From the human T2T-CHM13v2.0 reference genome, Homo sapiens: 64,000 bases of DNA. The DNA is taken from NCBI RefSeq assembly GCF_009914755.1, contig NC_060929.1, one strand, 5' to 3'. Shown piece after piece: positions 1 to 17,272 of this stretch (positions are counted from its first letter, which is position 1; every line of letters begins with the position of its first letter). Made by a program: the position numbers and the translations under genes. The notes beneath the pieces were generated by a model that was not told where the DNA came from, made no database searches, and worked only from the letters and a program-made list of their open reading frames with translations.

Positions 1-386
1 TGGCAACTATAACACAAGAAACTATTTTGATTAAGTTATATGAGAAATGGCCTCTTCTAATAAAAAGTAAATATTTTTTAAAAAATTCAGAGAACACCCA
101 AATGTTGGTTTTATATTCTAATGGTTGGGGAAGGCTCTGAGAATGGAAAGTGAGGGCAGGGAGGCCTCTGTCTTAGAGAGGTCATCAGGGAGGGCCTCCC
201 TGAGGAGGTGACATTTGATTGGAAACCTGAATAGATGGAAGAAGGGAGCCTCTTGGATTTCTGGATGTGTGCTATAATCTTATTCCTCTTTGACCCGAGT
301 ATCGGGTACGTAGTCAGTACTTACAAATATTTCTGGGTTTGGCTGAAGTCAACAGGTCTCCAGGAGCCCTGACAGTAGGAAAATGA

Positions 387-560
<174 letters not shown>

Positions 561-1151
561 TAAGTGTCAGCTGCACTGGCCACACCTGCCCAGGACCTTT
601 CCTGTCTCCATCCCTCTCAGAGGCTGAGTCCAGCCCTGGGCACTGGGAGGGAAGGGAGGAGCTAAGGAAAGCTCCGCTTCCTTGGTAAGCTGGAATGAGT
701 GTCTTCCTCTTCCAGCAAAGAGTGGGGAGCTGGCTGAAGGAAGTAGCCCAGAGTCAGAGGCAAGCTGTGGATGGAAGGAGCAAAAGTAGAGAAGCCTTGG
801 AGTAGTGGCCTGGGCTCTGCCCTCATGTCATGGGACTTTAAGCTTTCACACACTGGAGCATGGGCACGTGGCTAGTATATGGCATTTGGTACTAGAAGAG
901 CCAAGTTCGAGTCCCAGCTCAGTCACCACCAGCAGTGGAAGCTTGCACTGGTTGCTTGCCATCTCGGATCTCTGTTTTCTGACTCATAGAATGGTGGTGA
1001 TGAATTACCTGCCTTGCAGGTTGTTATGAGAATCACATTGGTCCTGTCTGTGACGCCCTAACACAGCCCATGACACAATGCTGCCTGCCATCTTGCTTTT
1101 ACCAATCTTCTGATCTGCCTTAAGAGTTTCTGCCAGAATCAATGAGAGTGA

Positions 1152-1397
<246 letters not shown>

Positions 1398-2275
1398 TAA
1401 GCAGCAGTAGCTAGAAGGGGAGCCCCTTCTTATCATAGAGCATGGCTCAGGATGAGGAATCCCTGGCACAGGAGGCTGGGTGGTGTGGTGGAAAGAGACC
1501 CAGGTTGGGAGGAAGAAAGGGCTGTGCAGACTCCCAAACACTACCAAAAGGTGAGGCATCGTCTCCGGTTTGAGCAAGTTGCTGGGGCCCTCCTCCTGTT
1601 TACCACTCTGTGAACTTATCCTGCTGATTCCGTGGTGTCTGGGGCAGGTCCTGACTCTGGGACCACCCCGCAAGCCTTCACCTGGTGACTTTGTGATCTG
1701 GGAGCTTCAGCTCCCAGGCCAGTCTCCATGTTTTGCTTGCTAAGCCAGGGAGATACCAGCTTACTGATTTACAGTGAGGCCTGTGTAGCCATCACATGAC
1801 CTGGAATGCTCCTGGCAGCATGCCCTGTGCTGTCTCCTCCCTCAGAAAGCAAGAGGAGAGCCACATTCCAATCAGACGCTGGTGGGTGGGTCAGGCCTCA
1901 CAGTTAGCAGGAGAGAGAGGCAATTAAGCTGCCGAGGACAACAGATGTGTCTGCAGACAGGACCTCTGTCTTGGACAGTGCTACATGACACACTGAGTTT
2001 TCACCTCTAGGACTCTCTTTTCTAGAAATTTGTCCAGTCATCCTTCTGTTCATATGGTCTTTCTTCAGACTCAGATAAACCTGTGGATGCAGCTTGAGGT
2101 TTTTCTCAGTTGCAGAGTTTAGTGGCAAGACAGCTTAGCACTTAAGGATGTGAAGTTTGAGTCAGACTCAGGGCTGCTGGTCTTCACTTCCTGACTCCAA
2201 AAGGATATGATAAAACCTACCTTCTTGGATAACTGCAAGAATTAAATAATACTTTATGTAAAAAAGTTTAGGCGG

Positions 2276-2842
2276 GGTCTGGGTGCCGTGGCTCATGCCT
2301 ATAATCCCAGTACTTTGGGAGGCTGAGGTGGGTGGATCACTTGAGGCCAGGAGCTCAAGTCCAGCCTGGCCAACATGGTGAAACCTCGTCTCTACTTAAA
2401 AACTACAAAAATTAGCCAGGCACAGTGGCATGTGCCTATGGTCCTAGCTACTCGAGAGGCTGAGGCAGGAGGATCGCTTGAACCAAGGAGGTGGAAGTGA
2501 GCCAAGATTATGCCACTGAACTCCAGCCTGGGCAACAGAGCGAGACTCTGTCTCAAAAAAAAAAAAAAAAAAAAAAAAAACAACGTTTAGGCTGGGCGCA
2601 GTGGCTCACACCTATAATCCTAGCACTTATAGGAAGCTGAGGTGGGTGGATCACTTAAGCCCAGGAGTTTGAGACCAGCCTGGCCAACATGGCAAAACCC
2701 TGTCTCTACAAAAATTAGCTGGGCATGGTGATGCACATCTGTTGTCCCAACTACTCGGGAGGCTGAGGTGGGAGGATCACTTGAGTCCAGGAGGTTGAGG
2801 CTGCAGTCAGCCATCATCACACCGCTGCACTCAAAAAAAGAA
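2276..2842 (+). mobile_element. Two tandem Alus (2276-2580, 2590-2842)
   Basis: Alu consensus arms and long A tail; the second is 3'-truncated. Confidence 0.92.
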
Positions 2843-3414
2843 ATTAGGACAGTGCCTAGACATTGGAAGGTCCTATACAGAGAAGTAGATAGTACTGTTG
2901 TTGACAACATCATTATTATATTACATTATTATCATATTTAACTCATGGTTTCCTAAGCTTTCACTGGATTTTTAGTATTCTTAATATTCTTCATGCACAA
3001 ATGTATAGTTAATCTATTAAGTTATGTCACTTCTATCACTGGCTCATCTCATCCAGGACTTTTCTTCTTGAGGGAAGACTGTTTTCTTTTTGAGGCAATT
3101 CAGAAAATCAGGATACTTCCAAATGTTCTAAAGACAAAAGTATCGATGATAAATCAAATATAGCCACCCACAGTCTTTTGAGACTTTCTAATTTTCCTCT
3201 CAGCAGGTGCTGCAGTTTAGGGTTGCCTTCTGCTGCCCCCCAGCAGAAAGGTATGAGGTTCAAATGATATACTGCTAGCAAAAGTGCTTTATGATTTTTG
3301 AGTGCTATGCAAGTCTAAAAATGTAAGACCAAGATCTCAGAGCAAGAAGACTCCATACTGAGCAAAGACCGCAATACACCCTGCATTGATGAGTCTGCGC
3401 CTGCCTGAACTTGA

Positions 3415-3576
<162 letters not shown>

Positions 3577-5002
3577 TGACTAGGGAGGAAGGAAAGGAAG
3601 CAGTCTATAGGAGGGATCTCAAAATCAGTTTCCCTGGTGGGTAAATAAATGAGCAAAGTGAGATGCAAGAAAATACTCTACCGTAAGAAAAATCACAGAG
3701 CAAGCACAATGATAAAGGGCAGCTAGCATGTGGCCTCAGAGGGAAAATGACAGGGAGTTGGGGGGTGGGGAGGTACTGTAGGAAACCGGTACCCAGTTTT
3801 CTCAGGTCCCAACTATAGGGGAGGCTGCTGCTCAGCTCCAGCAGATGATCCCTATGCAGCAGTACCAGGCCCCTAACACCAGATTTGCCAATTACTTAAA
3901 AGAGGCCAGAAATCTAGAATTTAGGTGAAGTCTACTTATTTTTTAATATCAGCAACTATTTTTTTTTAATTTAGCACCAAATGAGGCCAAATAGAGAGAG
4001 AGAGATTGATGACAAGCTGTATCTGTTTCAGAGGCTAACAATTTGTGATTTCTGAACTGGGGTAGTAAGTGGAGAACTGAACCTATCCAAATACCCTGGA
4101 GCCAGCTCCCATGAAAGCCACAGCTCACCTTGGTGTCCCACCCTAGCTCTGCCTAGCACCCCCCAGGAGCTCAGTGAATTGCCTGATTACCACACTGCAC
4201 AATAATGACTAAGTACACCAGGCAACTCTGTTGTAAATTCTCTTTTACTTCCAACAGTAATCTGTGCTTCTGTGTGATTTATCTTTATGAACAAGCCAGC
4301 TTCCTGTGGGACAGCATGTTCCAAAAGTTTTTTCTTTGTTCCTTTACATTTCTTCCCCCTGCATCTCAACAGAGTCAAGTTCTGTTCTGTGCTTTTTGAA
4401 AATCTACTTTTATTTTTTAATACCTATTTTTAAAAAATACTTTTCTGTATTATAGCTCCATTTCATTTGTATAGATCATCCCTTCTGAGGGTCAGGAAAT
4501 CTGTATTCCATTCCTCATTCCTCCCTTGACTACTGAATTACTGTGTACCTCTGGGAAAAGTCCTTTCCCCTCTCTGGGCCTGAGTTTCCTCTCTGAACAA
4601 TCAGAAGGTTGTTGTGTAACTTTGCACTCTACTCTCAGAGGCACTGGAAATGCAGGGCCTTGTGAAATGCCCATTTTAAAATGGAAATCTAAACTGAAAA
4701 AAGCATGTAAGATTAAAGAAATCACCGAATGTCAACGACAACAACAAAAAACTAACAAACACACACAAAAAAGCAGACCCTTTCTTCAAATCAAATCTTA
4801 TATGAAAGCCCAGTTTATAAAAGAAAAATAAAAGTGGAGCTACTCTGGTTGAGGCCCACTTGGCCTCCACTTTTCCTGTTAGCCATCACTGTGGGGTCAT
4901 AAGCTTCCTTGAAGGGCAGTGGGAAACCACAGTGGAAAACTACTGATGAATTCCAACAAGGTTGTTTTTTAGATGAAGAAACTGAAGAAAATAAAAGGGA
5001 AG

Positions 5003-5330
5003 ATATCTTAGTCCATTTCTCCTGCTATAACAAAATCCCATAAGCTGGGGAACTTATAAATAACAGAAATTTATTTCTCATTGTTCTGGAGGCTGGGAAG
5101 TCTGAGATCAAGGTGGCAGCCAATTTGGTGTCTGGTGAGGGCCTGTTTCCTGGTGATGACCATCTTTTTGCTCCCTGGGGTCTCTTTCCTAAGGGCACTA
5201 ATCCTACCCATGAGGGCTCCACCCTCGTGACCTAATCACCTACCAAAGGCCCCACCTCCAAGTGCCATCTCGAAGGGGATTAGGTTTCAACATATGAATT
5301 TTGGGGGATGTAAACATCTAGTCTATAGCC
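5003..5330 (-). mobile_element. MaLR LTR (MLT1A-like)
   Basis: Reverse complement resembles MLT1A: cccccaaaattcatatgttgaaacctaa...gtggggcctttgg...gattaggtcacgagggtggagccctcatg. Confidence 0.75.
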
Positions 5331-5351
5331 AAAGGATTTTGCCCACGATCA

Positions 5352-5872
5352 TGTATTAATTGCCTATTGCTACATAAGAAATTACCCAAAATTTAGCTCC
5401 TCTAAACAATAAGCAGGAACATGTGTTATGTCACACGGTTTCTGTGGGTCAAGAATCTCCAAATGGCTTGGATAGATAGTTCTGGCTTGGGGTCTCTCAT
5501 GAGATCTCAAGACGTTGGCCGGTCATCTGAAGTCACCTAAAGGCTTGACAGGCTGAAGGATCCACTTCTAAGATGGCTCACTGCATGCCTGGCAAGTTTG
5601 TGCTGGTTGTTGGAAGGAGGCCTCAGTTCTTTGCCATGGGGATTTCTTCATAGAGTTGCTTATCCTTGTGATGTGACAGCTGGCTTCCCCCAGAGCAAGC
5701 AACCCAAGAAGGAACAGCAAGGCTGATGCTGCAAGGTCTTTTATGACCTATGGTTAGAAGTTACACTCTGTCATTCTCCAATATCCTAATGGTTACACAG
5801 GTCAGCACTGTTTAGTGTGGGAGGGGACTATAAAAGGGCATGAATATCAGGAAGCAAGAATCATGGAGGCCA
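5352..5872 (-). mobile_element. Older MaLR LTR (MLT1 family)
   Basis: tgtattaattgcctattgct...cacggtttctgtgggtcaagaatc...ggatccacttctaagatggctcac is typical of MLT1F/G/H. Confidence 0.65.
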
Positions 5873-6490
5873 AGTAGATGATTGCTGAGAAAAATGGTGG
5901 CGTGAGAAGCTGCATGGACCCACTCCCTAGCAAAACAGCAGTAGCTGGTGAAATTTATTAAAACAAACAATTACTTAAAGTCTGGAAATTTTCCTAAGGG
6001 CAAATGAAGAAACATTTACTCTAGAAAATTTGCTAAATCTTAGTAAGAACAGTGAGAGTTTGTGGCATTTGAGCCACAACCTACCCCTTTATTCCCCAAC
6101 TCAGTTTGAAAGAATCTTCACTCCAGGCATGTCTGGACAAGAAAACAGGGCTCCTTCTTCCCCCAGCTGCCAGTCAAGGGCTACAGTATCTCCCCAGGAA
6201 GGGCAGGCTGCCAGTATTTTTTGTCATACCCAGCTCCATGCTGTAGAGGCTAAATTCTAGGTGATTGCAGCCAAGAGGTAGGAAGCTCCCTTCCTCTACC
6301 CAGATGATAGAGCAAAGGCTTTGCCCCAGGTAGGGTAAGCCAAGAATACTGGGGCCCTGATTGCCCTCATCCTAGCTCACTTGTAAGGCAGAGGTTCCAT
6401 GCTGGGAGAGGCAAGCAGAGTAGACCAGAGGTTACTGCCCCCACCCAGCACCCTGCTCATAACAGGAATGTCACTCCAAGAGAAACAGGC

Positions 6491-6830
6491 TCTTAATTTG
6501 TTTTGTGCTGCTATAACAGAATAACAGAGACTGAGTAATTTATAATGAACAGAAATTATTAGCTCCTAGTCTGGAGGCTGGAAAATCCAAGATCAAGGTG
6601 TTGACATCTAGCAAGGGCCTTCTTGCTGCATCATCACATGGCAGAAAATGGAAGGGCAAAGAGGCAAAAGGGGGTTGAATTTGCTCTCTTTTAATGGCAT
6701 TAATCCCATCCATGAAGGCAAAGCCCTCATGGCCTAAATCACCTCTCAAAGTCCCATCTTTTCATACTGTTACAATTGCAGTTAAATTTCATTATGAGTT
6801 TTGGAGGGTACGAACATTCAAACCACAGCA
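6491..6830 (-). mobile_element. MST-type MaLR LTR
   Basis: gtgctgctataacagaata...acattcaaaccacagca; 5-bp TSD CAGGC at 6486 and 6831. Confidence 0.8.
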
Positions 6831-7089
6831 CAGGCCATTGTTCCCACCCCTGGATCCAGAGCAGTGACTCAGAGATTTTGCCGAGTGGGGAAAGGCAGGC
6901 CATAAGAACAGAGAACTCCAAAGCTCTTCCTCGAAAGAACTGACTTTAGTTGGAACAGAGTGTGGGAAAGTGTAAACCAAAGGGTGCTCTCAAAAACAAT
7001 GGAGATTTGGTGGTTATGAGAACAATAAACTAAACCACAGGCTAGTTTATCAGAGAGAACCACAGAAAGAGACAGCTAAAATTGCCCTC

Positions 7090-7488
<399 letters not shown>

Positions 7489-9285
7489 CTATCCTGTAAA
7501 GGGGCTGAATTTAATTGGATCAGGCTGTGGAGTAATTGATGCATTGTCAAAATCAATAGAGCAAACACCTGACAATTAGTAGAGCTGGGTGTAATAGCAA
7601 CAGAGGCCGACTGCTTAACAGGAGATTAGGAAAAGAGTCAGAAATCCCTGCTAATACGCTGTCACCCCAGAGTGACTGTACACATGCCAAGGCTATGGCC
7701 TCTGAGGAGCAACATCAGTGGCTTCATACTTCAAGAGGAAGTAGACTACAATAAAATAGTTCAGACAAGTCACTAAACAAATAAGAAAATAACAACCCAA
7801 CAACCCGGTTGGGGGGATGCATATCAAAAGATACTACAATATATTCTCGAAAATGACCAGTTTTCAACAAAAATTTATGACACACATGAAGAAGCAGGAA
7901 AATGTGACCCATACAGAAGGAAAAAAATCAAGCAACAGAAACTGCCTGAGAGAGGGCCCAAATGTAGAATTTAACAAAGATTTCAAAGCAGCCATTATAA
8001 ATATATTTAAAGAACTTAAGGAAACCATGCTTAAAGAAATAAAGGAACAGAAGATGACAGTGTATTAACAGATAGTCTGTATTATTGATAGCCTATATTA
8101 TTGGTAGTCTCTATCAATATATTATTGATAATAGCTCATTCCTCCTGCTATAACAAACTTCCATAAGCTGGGTAACTTATAAACAACAGAAATGTATTTC
8201 TCATTGTTCTAGAGAAATTGGCTTCATACTGCAGGAGGAAATAGACTATACTGAGTACTACACTACACTAGACTGTACACTACAGTATACGTATATGGAA
8301 CTACACTACAGTTATATGGAATATAGCTATATGCTTACTATATTATACTATACTATATAGTATAGTCATATGGAATATATTATTGATAATATATTGATGG
8401 GGCCTCCAATAGAAAGATAGAAATTATAAAAAGAAGAACCAAATAAAAATCATGAGGCTGAAAAGTACAATAACTGAAACGAAAAACTCACTCAATGGGC
8501 ACAACAGTAAATTTGGCCTGGTAGAAGAATCAGTGAACTTGATGACAGAAAAATAGAGATTATGCAAACCAAGAACAAAGAGAAAAAAAGAATGAAGAAA
8601 AATGACAGAGCCTCAGAGGATTGTGGAACACCATTAAGTGCACAAACATATGTGTAGAGGGAGTACTAGAAGGAGAAGAGAGAGAGAGACAGACAGATGA
8701 GCATAAAAAATATTCAAATAATGGCTGAAACTTGCCAAATTTATTGAAAAACATTAATCTATACATCCACGAAGCTCAGTGAAATCCAAGTAAGATAAAG
8801 GCAAGGAGATCTACAAAAGAGACATCATGGTAAAAATGCTAATACCAAAGACAAGGAAAAAATCTTGAAGGCAGAAGAGAAAATCAGGTCATCATGTATA
8901 AGAGAACCCCAGTAACATTAACAGCTGACTTCTCATCAGTAACAATGAAAGCCAGAAGGCCCTCCATGCTGTATTTATGATCAGGCTTGAACTGCAGGTA
9001 GTTGTGTCAGGAACAGATTTTTGCATGGGTCACTGGGTGACCACTGCAATCCCTGCAGCAGCTGGCTAGACAAGACCCCCAATTATCCATAAACTGCAGG
9101 AATTATTCTGCACCGACTTATATAAAGCTGTGTGCGCCTCTGTATAGCGCACAAAAAAAAAAGTAAAACTTTCCCTAAGAGGTTGAACTATGGCCTTGGC
9201 CCAGCTAGAGCAGTATTGCACAGCATGGACCCTGGAGTCAGAGAGACATGGAGACATGGGTTTAACCTCGGCTCTGCCACCATTA

Positions 9286-9702
<417 letters not shown>

Positions 9703-10160
9703 TCAGCATATAGTTCCTTGTGTGTAGTAAATAATAAATAATTTTTGCCATAATTATTTGTTTTTATTGTCCATCATAGTGTTGAACCTGCAGTAGAACA
9801 CCAGGTTCCTCGCTCCCCCAACCCCTTCCCCAGTAATAAAATGGACAATGCCTGACTGTAGTCCAAAGTCTAGAATCTCTGGAGATCTGAGTTACATGGA
9901 ACAGTCTCCTTGACTTATAGATATCTGAAAACTGACTATAAAATATGCTCTTTTAAAACCAAAGTATGTTCTACATCACAAATTTGTTTTTTAATAATAT
10001 TATCATTATTATCTAACCCTTACTATTTGCCAGGTACTATACTAAGTGCTTTTCATTAATCATCTCATTTAACCCTTACCACAACTCTATGAGGTAAATT
10101 GTATCTGTATCCTTATTTACAAATAAGGAAACTAAGGTCAAGGGGGAAAGGCACAGAAGA

Positions 10161-10238
10161 ACACTACCAGTCACTTATGCCTAATGTCACACAACCAATG
10201 TCACACTACCAGTCACTTTTGCCTAATGTCACACAACC
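10161..10238. repeat. 42-bp-period tandem duplication inside a MIR
   Basis: acactaccagtcactt(a/t)tgcctaatgtcacacaacc at 10161 and 10203. Confidence 0.85.
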
Positions 10239-10370
10239 TTTGACCAGCTGAAGGTCAAAAATGCCCAAATCTCAGACTGTCTGTTCCAAGGCCTTGCTCC
10301 TAGTCCGTGTGCCCTGTGGCCTCCCTTTTGCTTCTTATTTCCTTAGAGGATTCACACTAAATATATCTAA

Positions 10371-10721
<351 letters not shown>

Positions 10722-10778
10722 TAAAGGGAGGTCTCTTGCACAAGTCACCTGGTTTCTTACCCAAGAGAAGTGGGCTTC

Positions 10779-10842
10779 TCCTCCCCTCCTCCTTCTCCTC
10801 CTCCTCCTCTTCTTCTCCTCTTCATCATTATCATCATCATTC
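10779..10842. repeat. Compound (CCT/CTT)n-(TCA)n trinucleotide tract
   Basis: Read directly from the sequence. Confidence 0.85.
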
Positions 10843-11986
10843 CTCCCAATTAAAGAAAGTGCCATCAATTTAATAACTTGTTTTGGAGGATGAAAAAGCA
10901 TCACAATAATGTATACACTTAATGTAGTAAGAAGCAACCTGATTTTAGAAATATGAAGCACAGAAGTGTGCCTTAGAATCAAGGAAATAAGAGATGTCAT
11001 TTTGAACCGCACCTTCATTCATTCACAGATATATGTGAGACATTGGTCCTAGTGCAGGGAATAATGGACATGACACTTTCCCAGGATCCTCTTCTGAAAC
11101 CCAGGGACCTCAGCAGGCCCTGCCTGCTTTGGGCTTCTCCACACCCTATTTTCTGCTGTGTTTCCTTTGCATTCTCTCTAACTGTAGTTTGACACACTTT
11201 AAGCCTAAGGTTTCTTCACATGCTGGAGGGAGCAGAAGTCCTGTTTCTATATAACATGTCCACAAACATGTAGCCCTATGAGAATCTGGTGGACCTATGG
11301 ACGCTTTCCTAAGAAGAAACACCACAGTTCACAATGCTGCAAAAAAAAGTTCAGGAGCTCATGTGGCTGCCTGTGGAGCCTATCCATAGATTGCCTAAGA
11401 CTCCATGAACCTCAGATTAAGAACTTCTGGTTTAAAGGAGAAGACTTGTTCTGTGTGGCCAAGAACCAGAATCAATAGGAGGAAGGCACAGGAAGGCAGT
11501 TTGGTTTCCATATAAAGAATTTTCTGAGAGTCAGAACCAGGATTTGGAGCAAGTTGACTCTCCTTGTCCTGCTCAATTTTTTCCCCTATGGCACTACCAC
11601 TGTGTAACATATCAGATTATTTATTATATTTATTATTTATTGTTTGCCACAGACACACAAATATAAGCACCATAAGGGCAAGGATCTTTGCCTGCTTTGT
11701 TCACTGATATATCTAGGGCCAAGGACAATGCCTGATACATGGTAAGCATTTTTAAAAAAAATTTTTTTTTAATTTTTGCATTAAAATTTTTTTTTAAATT
11801 TTGCACCATGCATTAAATACATGGTGAATGGTGAATATAAAGAGTTCAACATTACTGGAAAACCCTCCGGCACAGCCTCCCTCAGGGCAAAGAATGGAAC
11901 TGATTTTTAAACCTGGTAAGACCCAACACAGCACTTGGCATGAGAAAGGTACTAATATAGGTTTGTTAGATTAAATCAAAAAAGTG

Positions 11987-12487
<501 letters not shown>

Positions 12488-12946
12488 CTACTGAAAACTC
12501 TGGTGTCTGTAAAGCCCTGCTATGACACTTGTTTACAAGTAACAGAAACCAAAGCTAAACTGGCAGAGAAATGAAAGAAGATGTAATTGGAAAATTGAGC
12601 GATCTGGTGTAGTGGGGTCCAGGGACTTAAATGATGTCACCAGGAAGCTTATTTCTCACACTCATGCTTCTACCCTTCTCTCCTTTGGTTTCATTCTTCC
12701 CTTGTGATGCCACAATGGCTGCACAGTGCCAGCCCTCCCAGCCAACCCAAGCAGAGAGAGCTTCTCCTCCCAATGACCACCGCAGAGCCCTCTGGATTCA
12801 CTCTGATTGGTCCGACTTTCATCCCTAATCCAATCACTGTCACCAGAAGATGAGTTGTGATTATGGGGCAGACCTAAGTTATGTGCCAAACCCTGGAACT
12901 AGAAGTAGAGTCAGCCCCACTCAAACTAAAGAGAATGGGGGTAGTG

Positions 12947-13237
12947 GGGCAGGTGCAGTGGCTCATGCCTGTAATCCCAGCACTTTGGGAGGCCAAGGCT
13001 GGTGGATTACTTGAGATCAGCAGTTTGAGACTAGCCTGGCCAACATGGCAAAACCCCATCTCTACTAAAAATACAAAAATTAGCTGGGTGTGCTGGCGTG
13101 TGCCTGTAGTCCCAGCTACTTGGGAGGCTGAGGCAGGAGGATCACTTGATCCCAGGAGGCGGAGGTTGCAGTGAGCTGAGATCACCCACTGCACTCCACC
13201 CTGGGCGACAGAGCGAGACTCCGTCTCAAAAAAAAAA
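12947..13237 (+). mobile_element. Alu inserted in an old MLT1-like LTR (~12520-13310)
   Basis: Full dimer; flank has ctctgattggtcc and ccaatcactg LTR motifs. Confidence 0.85.
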
Positions 13238-13336
13238 GACAGAATGAGAGGGGGAAGGTGGTTTCCCAACGAAAACTCAGAGTGCTATTTCCAGGAGATG
13301 GTGAAATAGGAACCAGACATATGAAGAACATAATGA

Positions 13337-13777
<441 letters not shown>

Positions 13778-14428
13778 TGATCATTCTTTGGAGGTAGGGG
13801 TTATGCCCACTTACAGACAAGAAAACTGAAGTCCAAAGAGGTGAAGGGCATGCCATGGGTGGCACAGCTAGGAAGAGGACTCTTGGAGCAATTTCTCTTG
13901 GTTTCTGGCCTGTTCTTGTCTCCACAACAGCAGCACCATTTGACTTTTTACCCTAAAGGTGATCTTAGAAATGGCCTTGGAGTTATTGATGATAATAGTA
14001 GCCAGCATACATTGAATAACAAACATGTGTGATCCATTACTATAGGCATCTTAACCTGTATTATCTCACACAATCTTCATGGCAGTCCTATGAGGTAGTT
14101 TAGGGGTTGACAGACAAGGAAGCTAAGGTTCAGAGATGTCGAATGACTTGCTCAAGGTCACTCCATGAAGTGGGAGACGGGATTCCAAACCCAGGAAGTC
14201 TAACTCCAGAGCCCTGCTCCAGAGCCCTCCAGGGCAACATGGCAAAACCCTGTCTCTACAAAAAATACAGCGGTCTCACATGCCCTCTCCTGAGATCTCC
14301 AGGGTACCAGGCCCTGTCCTCAGGGCTCTGCATCCATTATCTCTAATTCTCCCAGCAACTCTCTGAGGAAGATACGCTCACCTCCAATGGTGCTCTCTCA
14401 GAGAGAACTTCTCTGACCTCATCTACAC

Positions 14429-14680
14429 CAGCGCTTCTCAACCCCAACACTACTGACATTTTGGACCAGTAATTCTTTCTTATAAGGGACTATTCTGTGC
14501 ACCAGCAGGATGTTAGGGATGTTAAGGTCCTACCTAAGGATATCAAGTAGGATGTTAAGCAGCATCTCTAGCTTGTACTCACTGGTTGCCAGTAGCACCT
14601 CCCTTCCAGTGACAACCAAAATATCTCCAGAAATTGCCAGATGTCCCTCGGGAGAGCAAAAAACTGACCCTGGTTGGTCT
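14429..14680 (-). mobile_element. MER20-like hAT DNA transposon
   Basis: cttctcaacc...tgacattttgg...gccagtagcacc...gtgacaaccaaaatatctccagaaattgccagatgtccc matches reverse-complemented MER20. Confidence 0.75.
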
Positions 14681-15461
14681 AAATTACCAACAGCTGCCTC
14701 TATTATTCTTCCTCATAGCACTTAACCACAATTTGTGTGTATGTGTGTGTGTATATATATTTGTGTCCTTGCTTGTCCAATGTCTGTCTTCTCCACTAGA
14801 TTGTATTTTTGTTAAGAATTGGACTACATCCATTTGTTTATCATTACATTCCAGACCCTTTACAGAAAAATAGTAGGAGTATAAGAAATATTTGTCAAAT
14901 GAATAAATGTTTTGCCTGCTTTCGGGTGAGGAAATTGAGACTCAAAGAGATGAAATAACTTGTCTGTTAAGTATGACTTGTCAGGAGGCAATGTGTCATT
15001 ATTATTGTTGTCCCAGGTCACATTTCCTGGTCACACCACACCTGATTGAGCCAGTGCTGTGTCTTACATCCCTACACTTCCTTTCCATGGGGTGTTTCCA
15101 ACCTCATTGTATAGATGAAAAACATGACAGCCAAGGACAAAACAACTTCCCAGAGTCACAGAGGGCTGGTGGAGGAGCTAGCACTAGTTCATTCATCCCA
15201 GCTGCTTCCTCCCACCAGCATGACCTGATATTCCCATTCCAGAGCACTTCTCCCTGGGTTTTGGATCCTTTTAACATTCTTTGGAGATAAAGAGAAGCTT
15301 TCTCTAAATTCCTTGCAGGTTTAGCTGTTAAGATGTCACCCTTAAGGAGCTACATCTAGTAAGATATTAATACTAAGCAATTATCTGGAAAAATGTAAGG
15401 GGTAAAGTTAATTTCAAAAATGAGAAGGAATACAGGAGAGAGGTTAAAAGTCAGGCTGTGG

Positions 15462-16338
<877 letters not shown>

Positions 16339-16380
16339 AGTGTCCTCATGCTTTTGAGGGCAGGCTGGGTGTGTAGGTAG

Positions 16381-16563
<183 letters not shown>

Positions 16564-17272
16564 TAGTTCTGCTCCTCAAAAATCAGAGATCTGGTAGCCC
16601 CCTTTCTATGGAACTTCACCCAAAACCAAAAAATCAACTAGTGAGAAAGGTAGAGAATTGCCAATGCATTTATACAATGAAACTCATGAACCTTCCTCAG
16701 AAGGGGTAATCCTCAGATCTTATTCAGAACCTATTCACTCTTTGTTAACACATATTTCTAACAAGCTTAATCATCTGGTTTCTGAGCCTACAATGTGTTT
16801 TCAGACAGGACAGGTTCCATTTCATTGATGAGGTAACTGAAAATCGAGGACGATGGGACTTGCCCAGGGCTATGCAAGGTATCACTGCAAAAGCAAAGAA
16901 GCAAACCCACCTCTTCCAATTCTAAGTCCATGGCTCCCTCCAGGATGCTGGTCCACAGTCCCTTCTGTGTGACTCTTGGGGGTCAGCTGTGTTTCAGAAC
17001 TTTTTGGATTTTATAAAGGTAATATGGTACCTACACTAACACATGATGAAAACCTCAATATGTCCTCAGGTGGTACCATGTAAGCAAACATGTTAATAAT
17101 TCTACGGCAAGACATAGGAATATATATAGCACATGGAGTGAATAAAGATTATAAACAGTCATATCAGGTCAGGTCAAGTTTTGCCACCAAATGAGTCTAT
17201 ACCAAAACAATGGAGAAATATTTTGGTTTCACAGCTTTCTGGATTTCAGAATTGCAGATAAAAGTGTGGACC

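Noticed and set aside
7817-8068. 83-aa Lys/Glu-rich ORF
   Set aside because: Decayed L1 ORF1 remnant, truncated by an insertion.
10161-10238. Short direct repeats as a CRISPR-like array (also 20531-20575, 33679-33744, 63127-63179)
   Set aside because: Only two adjacent copies, no unique spacers, no cas genes, eukaryotic context; simple tandem duplications.
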